From the IMG/VR virus record IMGVR_UViG_3300037484_001092, positions 1 to 27,032 of that record: a stretch of DNA of 27,032 nucleotides. One strand, given 5' to 3'. How positions within the stretch are numbered: the stretch's first letter is position 1; every line of letters starts with the position of its first letter. Both the position numbers and the translations under genes were made by a program. Shown here piece by piece: positions 7,354 to 16,200 of this stretch. Source of the DNA: a virus (lineage: Duplodnaviria; Caudoviricetes). Under the pieces are notes generated by a model. It worked only from the letters and a program-made list of their open reading frames with translations, was not told the origin of the DNA and ran no database searches.

Positions 7354-7982
7354 TGGATACCAGAACCAAATCCCCGGCTGAAATATTCCCGGTAAACTTC
7401 AATTTCTCAAGCGATCTTGTCGCGGGAGAAACGGTAGTCTCCTATGTGCTGACCTCTATCAACGCCGCGACCGGGGAAAGCTCCTCGGAGGATCGGGCGT
7501 ATGACGCCGGCCCTCCCGAAGTCCTCGAGATCGTGAAGGTGATTGATTCCGATTCCTTGTCCTCGCCAGATGTGGTCGTTGTTCTGAAAGACGGCGTAGA
7601 GGATGACGAGCATCGGATTCAATGCGTAGCGACTACCAGCGCGGGGAACATCTACCAGCGGGATCTGCTGCTGTTCATCCATTCAGAAGTGACCGACAGC
7701 TTCACCAAGCAACCGGACGATGCCTACCCGTTCGAGGCCAGCTTCGAGCGCCGGCTTGGGGCCGGGGACACCATTGTGTCGGCGGTGGTGGTTGCGGTCA
7801 AGGAGTCGGACGGATCGGATGCCGCGGCTCTCGTGGCGGCCCTTGTTGTCGCTTCTCCCATCGTCAGCGTTCCGGTGTCGGGGGGTACAGATGGGGAAAC
7901 CTATCGCTTGGGGATCCAAGGAACGACGGCGGCGGGATATGTACATGAGATGTTCGTCCGCATGAACGTACAGGAGTTTTGA
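7353..7982 (+). CDS. Phage fibre-tail adaptor-like protein with two tandem domains, 209 aa
   Basis: Start re-assigned to ATG 7353 (TGATG overlap). Two copies: TKSPAEIFPVNFNF..L.AGETV..G..HRIQCVATTSAG and TKQPDDAYPFEASF..L.AGDTI..GG..YRLGIQGTTAAG. Confidence 0.7.
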   Translation: MDTRTKSPAEIFPVNFNFSSDLVAGETVVSYVLTSINAATGESSSEDRAYDAGPPEVLEIVKVIDSDSLSSPDVVVVLKDGVEDDEHRIQCVATTSAGNIYQRDLLLFIHSEVTDSFTKQPDDAYPFEASFERRLGAGDTIVSAVVVAVKESDGSDAAALVAALVVASPIVSVPVSGGTDGETYRLGIQGTTAAGYVHEMFVRMNVQEF

Positions 7983-7985
7983 GCG

Positions 7986-8162
7986 ATGAGTCCGAAGCCG
8001 GAAGATAAACCGACGAAGGTTCTGGATCCTCGCGCTTTCAGGCGAATCTCGGAGGAAGCGCCAAGGAGAACAATGGCTGAACGGAAGGCTCATGCGATGG
8101 AAATAAAGGATGAAATTATAGCAAAGCGTAACTACTTGAAAGGGAAACGTGATGCCGGTTAA
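7986..8162 (+). CDS. Small basic hypothetical protein, 58 aa (not in ORF track)
   Basis: ATG 3 nt after upstream stop with AGGAG upstream; MSPKPEDKPTKVLDPRAFRR...LKGKRDAG*; overlaps the next start and fills the gap exactly. Confidence 0.55.
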   Translation: MSPKPEDKPTKVLDPRAFRRISEEAPRRTMAERKAHAMEIKDEIIAKRNYLKGKRDAG

Positions 8163-9612
8163 GCCTTTCACGTTCAACGATGTCGATAAGGGAATCGCCA
8201 CGCAATTCCCCTCCACGAAGGTTGCGTGGACTACCGGGAACAATGTCCGGATCACGCCGGGATTCGTCTCCAAGACCCTCGGGCGGTCCCTTGTTGTTTC
8301 TCTGCCAAGCACCCCTGCGATCCGGGCCATGTTCTCGTTCATCGGTACGGATGGAGCGGTTCGGACGATCGTTTGCTGCGATGCCAAGGTTTTCGCCTAT
8401 GATTCCACGTTCGGATCCTACGTCGATATCACCCCCTCGCCGGCGCCCACGGGAGCGGCAACGGACATCTGGCAGTTTGATCTGGTGGCCGGACTCCCGA
8501 TCCTGTCGAACGGAAAGGACATCATCTGGAAGTGGTCATCCTACGCCGGCGTCCTGACGGCCCTTAGCGGGGCGCCGACCTGGGCGAAGCGGATCTCGAG
8601 CTGCATGAACCGGCTGGTTGTGTCGAATCTTCTTGAGGGGGGATATACCTATCCTGGCAGGGTACGCTGGTCGGAAACGGGACTTCCGGAGAACTGGACG
8701 ATCGACACGACGAACAAGGCTGGCCGGCACGATATCATGTCGTACTTCGGCGGCATCGAGGCTCACGCGAACATCAAAGCGCAGATCACGCGGGGCCATG
8801 AGGTATTCTTCTTCACGGAGCGCGGGCTGTGGAAAGCCGATTTCGCCGCGGCGACGAGGAATTTCATCTGCGTGAACCCCGCGACGGAAATTCTGTCCTC
8901 GAGGGCCTTGTGCAAGAAAGAGGAAACGATCTACTTCATCGGTAAGAACGACCTGTACTGGACAGGCGGCGGGGATCCAACAGCGTTCGGTCTGCCGATC
9001 CGGGATGAGCTGTTCGACAACCTGAACGCCAGCGCGATCGCCACGGCCTTTGTGTTTGCTCCGTACCTCACCGATGAGGTTTGGTTCTGTGTGGCGACGG
9101 GCGAGAATACGGCGCCGAACAAGGCTTTCGCCTACAACACAGAAACAAAGTCCTTCTCGATTCACGACGTTGATTTCTCCTGCCACGCGGAAGCCCTCTA
9201 CACGAGCGTCCCTTACGATGTGGTGGGAAACGCTGCAGGGCAGATCCTCAAGCTTGATGACGGCTTCAATTCCGCCGCGGGGCTGGCAATCGACGGCCGG
9301 ATCGAAACGGGGGATCTCGACTTCGGACTTCCGAACAATGTGAAAACGATCGCGGAAGTGATCCCGCATCTCGACTATCAGGACACCATAAGCGAGTTGA
9401 TGATCCAGGTCGGCGTAAAGAATCGCCTTCCCGATGATCTCCGCTGGTCGGATCCCGTGCCGTTCACGATCGGCGTTTCGGATAAATGCGATCTCAACGG
9501 ATTTCGCAGGGGGGGGAAATTCGTCCGGGTCCGGTTCTATTCGGACCTTCTGACGAGCCCCTGGAAGTTGAGCGGCTACACCATCAATTACGAAGTGGGG
9601 GGAACAAGATGA
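8152..9612 (+). CDS. Tail hub / packaged-DNA stabilisation protein (P22 gp10 / nozzle-like)
   Basis: ~486 aa beta-rich protein with N-terminal NVR..G, RVRWS..PENW propeller motifs and C-terminal ETGDLDFG..K..FVRVRF; lies directly upstream of the GNAT and ejection genes. Confidence 0.75.
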   Translation: MPVKPFTFNDVDKGIATQFPSTKVAWTTGNNVRITPGFVSKTLGRSLVVSLPSTPAIRAMFSFIGTDGAVRTIVCCDAKVFAYDSTFGSYVDITPSPAPTGAATDIWQFDLVAGLPILSNGKDIIWKWSSYAGVLTALSGAPTWAKRISSCMNRLVVSNLLEGGYTYPGRVRWSETGLPENWTIDTTNKAGRHDIMSYFGGIEAHANIKAQITRGHEVFFFTERGLWKADFAAATRNFICVNPATEILSSRALCKKEETIYFIGKNDLYWTGGGDPTAFGLPIRDELFDNLNASAIATAFVFAPYLTDEVWFCVATGENTAPNKAFAYNTETKSFSIHDVDFSCHAEALYTSVPYDVVGNAAGQILKLDDGFNSAAGLAIDGRIETGDLDFGLPNNVKTIAEVIPHLDYQDTISELMIQVGVKNRLPDDLRWSDPVPFTIGVSDKCDLNGFRRGGKFVRVRFYSDLLTSPWKLSGYTINYEVGGTR

Positions 9613-10145
9613 ATGATGTTTTGGGAATGGCTCCACCGGCGCCGGAAAAGAAATCTCCGGTAATTATAGGCTTGATCCCGTGCTGGAATCGGTTTTTCTT
9701 GGATCCGGCCTGGTCGGTTGTTCGACCCGGAGTGGAGGAAATCGCTCAAATCGCATTGGGCGAATTCAACGCACTATTCGTTTGGCAGCAGATTTTCTCC
9801 GGGCAGTTCCAATTGTACATGGCCTATATCGACAAAACCGGCACGGCGACGGAGGCAAGATTTCAGGAAATGTTCGTGGAACGGCTTCGGACGCCCGACA
9901 AGGATTTCGCGGGTTTCTTTATCTTGGATGTCATGAGGAAGAACTCCATCCATGTGTTCGCGGCGTACATATTGCCAGAGTATCGGGACAAAAACCTTTG
10001 GGAGCTCGGGTTGAATTACATTGAGTCTCAAGTCAAGATGATTGGAGCGAAGGAGTTATCCGTCACCATGCCGCGGTCCACGCTCGAGTCCATGAAGGGG
10101 CGAGGCTTCGAGGAAGGGCTGTTGAACATGAGGAAGATCCTGTAA
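9609..10145 (+). CDS. GNAT-fold acyltransferase-like morphogenesis protein (positional equivalent of P22 gp14 / T7 gp13), 178 aa
   Basis: Start ATG 9609 (ATGA overlap); motif-A-like HVFAAYILPEYRDKNLWELGLNYIESQVKMIGAKELSV and terminal GRGF..MRKIL. Confidence 0.65.
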   Translation: MNDVLGMAPPAPEKKSPVIIGLIPCWNRFFLDPAWSVVRPGVEEIAQIALGEFNALFVWQQIFSGQFQLYMAYIDKTGTATEARFQEMFVERLRTPDKDFAGFFILDVMRKNSIHVFAAYILPEYRDKNLWELGLNYIESQVKMIGAKELSVTMPRSTLESMKGRGFEEGLLNMRKIL

Positions 10146-11047
10146 TGGGCGGGGGGGGAGGCGGCGGCGGTACGTCGATTATTTATACCAATATGCTGCC
10201 GACCTATATCCCGGGTGTACAGGCCAAGGTTGAGGAATGGATGACGGCTGCGAATGCGCTGTCCTCGAGCAATTTCGCCGCCTACACCGACCCCACCTAT
10301 GCCGCGCAGAATACAAACGAGACGGACGGGATCGCGGCCGTTGCAACTCGAGGGCGGTACGGATCCATGATCGAGCTCGACGGGAAGGCGCACCTTCGCA
10401 ATCTTTACGACGGCCTGAAACTCAACGTGAACACGAAAATCACCTCATTCTATGCGGCGCAGATTGCGGAACTGATTCAGTCCTTCGACGAGGAAGTGCT
10501 TCCCGCGATCCGAAAGAATTATGTCCTCGCCTGGGGTGGAAGTGAGCACAACGTCGCGGAGGCGATCGCAGCCGAAAAGATGATGGCCAAGATCAACGAG
10601 ATCGCCAAGATGTTCTACGACGACTATGTTCATGAGCGGTCCCTTATGCAGCAGGGGATGGCTCACGCAACTCCCTACGGGCTTCAATGTATCCGGGACA
10701 TGGAAATGCTTCGACAGGCTGGCGTGTACGCCAGAGAATTCGACCAGGGATTCAAAATGGATGCTTGGGAGCGGTATAACGAGGCGGCGATCCTGCCCGT
10801 GCGGAATCTGGATATCCTTGGAAACGCCGTCAGGACGATTCTTTCAACGACTCGATCGCAAACTACGAAATACTATGGACCGCCGAAGTGGACGCAAGTT
10901 GCTGGCGCAGCCATAGCGGGACTTTCGCTTTACTCGATGTTCTCTGGGACATCGTTGAACCCGTACACGAACCCTAACGCACATGGTGGCGCGGTTGGAG
11001 GATACAACCCGGATAGGCAGAGCAACATGGGAATACCGTTAGATTGA
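10145..11047 (+). CDS. DNA ejection / pilot protein, paralog A
   Basis: MGGGGGGGGT N-terminus, helical body, hydrophobic C-terminal segment (VAGAAIAGLSLYSMF); TAATG coupling to the GNAT gene. Confidence 0.65.
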   Translation: MGGGGGGGGTSIIYTNMLPTYIPGVQAKVEEWMTAANALSSSNFAAYTDPTYAAQNTNETDGIAAVATRGRYGSMIELDGKAHLRNLYDGLKLNVNTKITSFYAAQIAELIQSFDEEVLPAIRKNYVLAWGGSEHNVAEAIAAEKMMAKINEIAKMFYDDYVHERSLMQQGMAHATPYGLQCIRDMEMLRQAGVYAREFDQGFKMDAWERYNEAAILPVRNLDILGNAVRTILSTTRSQTTKYYGPPKWTQVAGAAIAGLSLYSMFSGTSLNPYTNPNAHGGAVGGYNPDRQSNMGIPLD

Positions 11048-11061
11048 GCGGGGGAATATAA

Positions 11062-11943
11062 ATGGGCGGCAGCAGCGGCGGCGGGACAACGACTCAGACG
11101 GTTAGGACTGTTCCGGATTGGGCGATCCCCTACGTCACGGCTTTTTGGGATCAGGCTTATGCCCTCTGGCAAGCCGACACGCTTGCGGTTTACACCGGAG
11201 ACGTTACCGCCGCACAGCCCCAGGACGAGGTTGATGGTATCGCCGGCCTTGCAATCCGGGGGCGGTACGGAGATCAGGTCATCACCAAGGCGATCGCCTA
11301 CGAAGATGATGTCATCAACGGCGGGTATCTTCCCGGCACGAAGGCGGCTTTCCTTGCGGCGCTGGCTCTTGTCACGGGGAATTCAACGACGGATTTCGCA
11401 TCGGTCAACTCGAGCATCGGCCGGAAACCTCTTTTTGCCGGGGATCCGGATTCTACCCTTTTAGCCCAATCGCTTGTGGCAGGAACGCCGGCTCTCTACA
11501 ACACTCGGATGGAAGCCCTGATCTATGCGGATAATTTCCGCAAGGAGCGGGACATTCAGAATCACGGTCTTTCCTACGGTGTGGAAATGGGGAAACACGC
11601 GGCGATCGACGCGGAAGCCCTTCGCAGGGCCGGAATGTACCAGCGCGAATACCTGCAGGGGACTTACGTGTTGGATCACAAACTGTTTCTCGAGGGGCAG
11701 GAGATCGCGGTAGCGAATCTCGAGATATTCGGGCAAGCAATCCGCGGCCTCACGGGAAGCCAGCAGACTACGGATGCAACGCAACCTGGGGGGAACAAAC
11801 TCGCGTCAGCGGTGGGGATGGGTGTCACAGGAGCCGTCGCAGGGTACATGATCGGAGCGGAGATCGGGTCGATTGGCGGTCCGTGGGGTGCGGCAATAGG
11901 GTTTGTGGTCGGCGGCGTAATCGGATGGTTTGCTTCATCATAG
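11062..11943 (+). CDS. DNA ejection / pilot protein, paralog B, with C-terminal glycine zipper
   Basis: MGGSSGGGTTTQT..VPDWAIPY N-terminus; C-terminal GAVAGYMIGAEIGSIGGPWGAAIGFVVGGVIG; clear similarity to paralog A. Confidence 0.7.
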   Translation: MGGSSGGGTTTQTVRTVPDWAIPYVTAFWDQAYALWQADTLAVYTGDVTAAQPQDEVDGIAGLAIRGRYGDQVITKAIAYEDDVINGGYLPGTKAAFLAALALVTGNSTTDFASVNSSIGRKPLFAGDPDSTLLAQSLVAGTPALYNTRMEALIYADNFRKERDIQNHGLSYGVEMGKHAAIDAEALRRAGMYQREYLQGTYVLDHKLFLEGQEIAVANLEIFGQAIRGLTGSQQTTDATQPGGNKLASAVGMGVTGAVAGYMIGAEIGSIGGPWGAAIGFVVGGVIGWFASS

Positions 11944-11956
11944 CCGGGAGGGGATC

Positions 11957-13219
11957 ATGGCAGAGACAGGGATAACAAGCGGCCAACTCATTCAGGATTG
12001 GTACGAGCGATACGTCCGTCCATTGAAGCGGCCGATTTCGCTGACTTCATCTGCGCCGCAAGATTTAAGCCTTGGGTTGCCGGCGTCAGCGCCACCGACT
12101 CCCCCGGCGACTGTTGTGCCTCCCACGGAGCTTCCCCCTTCTACGGAGGCCACACAAATGGAGCCGAGCGCCGATGGTGCATCGTGGTCGGACAAGATGA
12201 CGAAGGGGTTACAGGATCCGGCAAAGATGGGATTGCTCGCGGCCGGCCTTTCGATGATGGCGACTCCCCCCCGCCAAGTGCCGTACAGCAACACGGAAAT
12301 CCTCGGGAATGCCGGACTTACCGGAATCAAGTATTACGAGACGGCACTCGAGGCGAAACGGAAAGACGAGTTGATGAAGCAGACGGCCGAAGAGCACACC
12401 CTGGCGCGTGAAGATCGCCGTACGGCCGCGGAAGATCGTGGCCAGTATTACCGCGACGTCGCGGAGACCCGCCGGCTGACCGCGGAATCCATGGCTGAGG
12501 CGCGCAAGGCGACGGCCGCGGAAAACGCCGTCCTCGACGTGCCGATCGACCCGGCCGTGGCGAAACACTATGGGGTGGATCCGAAGATGACCGTGAGGAC
12601 GTTCAACAAAATGCAATCCGGCCTGACGGCGATGGCGAAGCCGGAGAAAGAAACAAAGATTGACCCCTTCACGAAATGGTACGAATCCTTTGGCGAGGCT
12701 GGCCCCACGCAGAAGGATCTTGAAGGATGGCATCGGGCTCAAGGGGCCGACGCCAGCGGTGAGGGCCCGGGGAAACCCGCGGGACTCGCGCTCATTCACA
12801 AGGAAATGGTGTCGCAATACCTACCGTTCGCCAGGGAGGAAATCTCGAAGAGCGCGTCTCCTGGATCCGAGAAAATGCGGCAGATGGTGGAATCCCTCAA
12901 CACGCAGGACCCGACCACCGGGGGGCCGAATGTGGCCAAGATGCGAGAGCATCTTTCGGCAGAACGGCGCAAGGAATACGACTTTGTGAACAACAAGGCC
13001 GAGGAATACTCCAAGACGATGACGCCAGGGAATGCGGTTGCAAAGGCGAGAAAAGAGTGGGACACGGCCCACCCGGCGCCCAAGACGGACGCCAGGTATG
13101 AGGAATACCGGAAGGTGTACGAGGAAATCCGGAATTACTCCGGATGGACGAACGCGGAGAAAAACACCAAGATCAAGGAAATGAACGACAAAGCGCGAAA
13201 GATGGGACTCATTAAGTGA
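11957..13219 (+). CDS. Internal virion / ejection protein, 420 aa
   Basis: Start re-assigned to ATG 11957 (GGGAGG SD); GLLAAGLSMMA..ILGNAGLTG hydrophobic motif followed by charged coiled coils; lies between pilot genes and the large internal protein. Confidence 0.6.
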   Translation: MAETGITSGQLIQDWYERYVRPLKRPISLTSSAPQDLSLGLPASAPPTPPATVVPPTELPPSTEATQMEPSADGASWSDKMTKGLQDPAKMGLLAAGLSMMATPPRQVPYSNTEILGNAGLTGIKYYETALEAKRKDELMKQTAEEHTLAREDRRTAAEDRGQYYRDVAETRRLTAESMAEARKATAAENAVLDVPIDPAVAKHYGVDPKMTVRTFNKMQSGLTAMAKPEKETKIDPFTKWYESFGEAGPTQKDLEGWHRAQGADASGEGPGKPAGLALIHKEMVSQYLPFAREEISKSASPGSEKMRQMVESLNTQDPTTGGPNVAKMREHLSAERRKEYDFVNNKAEEYSKTMTPGNAVAKARKEWDTAHPAPKTDARYEEYRKVYEEIRNYSGWTNAEKNTKIKEMNDKARKMGLIK

Positions 13220-16200
13220 GCGAATTCGCCCAATTTCTTCCTCCATCTACGGGGAATTCTCCCGAAGAAGGGGGATTCGGTGCCTTCCGGCCACCTGTCA
13301 AGAAGAAAGAGCCCCCGGGGATCACCGATCGCATTGGTGCGGTTGCCGTGAGCCTTTGGGACAAAGCCAGGGGAACGGCAGCTCCCACACCCCCCACGCC
13401 GACGCCTCCAAGCGGCTTCGATATCTCGCCTCCATTGGGGATGAGTCCGGATCAGCAGCTTTTCGACATGAGCCGGATAGAAACGGCGCAGAAGAACGGA
13501 AAGCCCGTCGACAATCTTTTGCAGGAGATGACCGGACGGGGATGGAAGCTCAACGCCCCCGTAAAGCCGGCGCCGGCGCCTACACCTTCGACGCCTCCTT
13601 CTTTCCTGACCAAGATCCCGTACTCCGGGATCGAAGGCGCGCCGACCGGCGAGGAACCGCCGATCAACCCCTTGGATCTCGCCAAGGCTGGCGGTCGATC
13701 GGCAGCGGAGCTCGCCTTGTTCCCAGCGCGCGCCGGCGCAGAACTCGCCGCGGCATCGGCCGGCAGAGCGTTTTCCATGGAGGGAGCTACAGGCGCAGCT
13801 ACCACGCCGACAGGCATCACAGATCCGGTCCTTCACGAAAAGATATCGAAGTCCGTCAACGATGCGATCGAATCGGGTAAGGGATTCGTTTTCGGAGCCC
13901 CTACCGAGGGCACAGCGGCCTTCGAGGAAGGGCTGGGGATTCCATTCGAAGCCTTGGGGTACGTCCCGCAGAAAATTGGGGCTTACGTCACCGAAAAAAC
14001 CGGCGACCCCCTCTTGGGAAAAGGTGCAGAGTACGCCGCCCTGATTGGAACTTTCAAGATGGGGCACAAGGGCGGGAAGGTCATTCGAGAAGGCATCGAC
14101 CGCCTGGTGCGGTCCAAGAAGCCGACCACCGTCGAAACATCCCCGGTAATGACCGCTACGCCTCCCACCCCCCCTTTGGAAACGCCTATCACCCCTGAGG
14201 CGATACCTACCCCTCCCCCGGCGTCTGAAACGACTGTGCCCCCCGGAATGGCCCCGGGGAGCCCTGAATTTTACAAAGCCGAGGCCGACAGGCTGGGGAT
14301 CCAATTCTCCGGGGTAACTGAGACTGGACTTCCAAGCCGGCCGAAGATGGTCGTTTTCCAGGACGGCGACAACAAAACAGGCGCCGGGAGCTTCACCCTC
14401 AACCCAGGGGAGTCGGTCGAACAGGCTCTCGCCAGGGCCAGAGAGCGGTACGAGGCGCCCAAGCCGACCGCCGAAGCCGGCCCTGTAGCCGTTCCGGAGC
14501 CGACTATCACCGGTCCGGAGCCCACTCCGGCGCCGGAACCCATACCCCTGACAAAAGAAGCCCCTACAGCGCCGGAATTGTCAGGGGTGCAGCTCCCTCC
14601 CCCGGAGCCTCCCGTGCCTACTCCGGGCGAGAAGTTTGCAAACGTCCGGGATATCAAGTCAAAGCAGAAGAAGGCGGCCGCCGAACCGACCCTGCAGCAA
14701 CGGATTCTCCGTGCTGGTGGGATCAAGATCACCCCCGAGTCCCGCGGGGAATTCGCCAAGTACGGGCTGCGCCAGGGCGAGGGGGCCCTTGCGCGCCTGT
14801 TCCGGAGCGAGAAACACCCCGGGCACAAGAAGGCGATGGATTGGTCCCAATGGGCCGACACGTTCATTCGGGACGGCATTCTTGATAAGGATGCGACGAT
14901 CGACGACCTTATGGACGCGATCAAGAAGAACAAGCGGCCTCACGGCGCTGGCCTCGACGCCGAGATCGAAGCAGAGGGGATCAAGGCCGCAGAAAAAGCC
15001 GCCCGGGAGACGGTCCCGGAGAACGAGATCGCCCTGGGGGATTCGTTCCGAATCGACGGCGAGAAATTCAAGGCGGTCAAGTACGACGAACAAGGCCGGC
15101 TGGTCATCAAGGACGGCGTTGAGCATCGGCTGGGCCCCGGAGACGATATCCGGGTCGACGGGGGGAAGGAAGGCATCACCCCGGGCGAGATCCCCAAGCC
15201 GGAACAAACCGTGGGCGAATTCACGGTGAAGCCCACGACGAGCACGGATCCCGGAGACGTCGGCTGGTGGGATATCGAGGACAAGGACGGGAACCTTGTC
15301 GACATGAAGCCCACGCGCGAAGAAGCGATCCAGAGAGCGGGGCAAGAAACGGCGCCGAAGGGCCAGCAGGATCTCATCAAGGACAAGTCTTTCCGGCTGG
15401 CAGAGGAACCCGTCCCGGAAGGTCCCGCGGGGGAATTCAAGCCCGAAGCAACCGGCGCGCAGGATGAGCTCTTCCCGGGGGAGCGCGCGAAATACAAGGC
15501 GCCCGAGAAGGGCCCCCCGGCGCCGCCCCCCGAGGGGGGGTTGTTCGCAAAAGGCGAAGAGGGCTTCGCTCCCGAGAAGGATTTCCGGACGAAACCCGCG
15601 GAGCCCGTCGACGAAGGCGCGCCGATGAGTCGGTCCTCGATCGCCAAATTCCTGTCAGAGAAATTCGACATTCCCCTCCGGGTCGGTCGATTCAGGAACG
15701 CCCTGGGGATCTTCAAGGTGGGCCCGGAAGTCATCCGGACGCGGTTCGCCCACGACATCGAAGTGATCTCCCACGAAATCGGCCATGCCTTGCACAAGTT
15801 CCTGTGGCCAGAAGCGCGCACGGGCAGCGGCGGCCTCGCGGCCGGCCCGCTGCGGCGATTCCAGGACGAGCTGATCCCGATCGCCACAAAGCCTCGCGCG
15901 GGAGGATCGAAGAACGCCGAGGGGTTTGCGGAATTCATCCGGCGCTACGTGGTCAACCCGGAAGATGCGAAACGGGTTGCGCCGAAATTCTTCAAATTCT
16001 TCGAGGAACAGCTCGACGCGAAATCTCCCGACGCGAAAGCGATCTTGCTCAAAGCCCGCGCGGATTACAAACGCTGGCTGGAACAGCCGGCGCTGGCCCG
16101 GGTCATGGGATCGATCAATCAGACGCCGGCCACAGGCGCCGCGCTGTCTTTCAAGAAGCTGTACGCGAACGTCATCGACGCCTTCTATCCCATCGAAGAG

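Noticed and set aside
9486-9612. G8 run near 9509-9516 with open -1 frame that could fuse the tail hub to the GNAT
   Set aside because: It would delete the hub's C-terminal strands, and the GNAT has a clean ATGA-coupled start at 9609.
10151-10158. G8 homopolymer as a phase-variation switch in ejection paralog A
   Set aside because: Explained by poly-Gly coding; G runs are frequent in this genome and no length variation is observable from one sequence.
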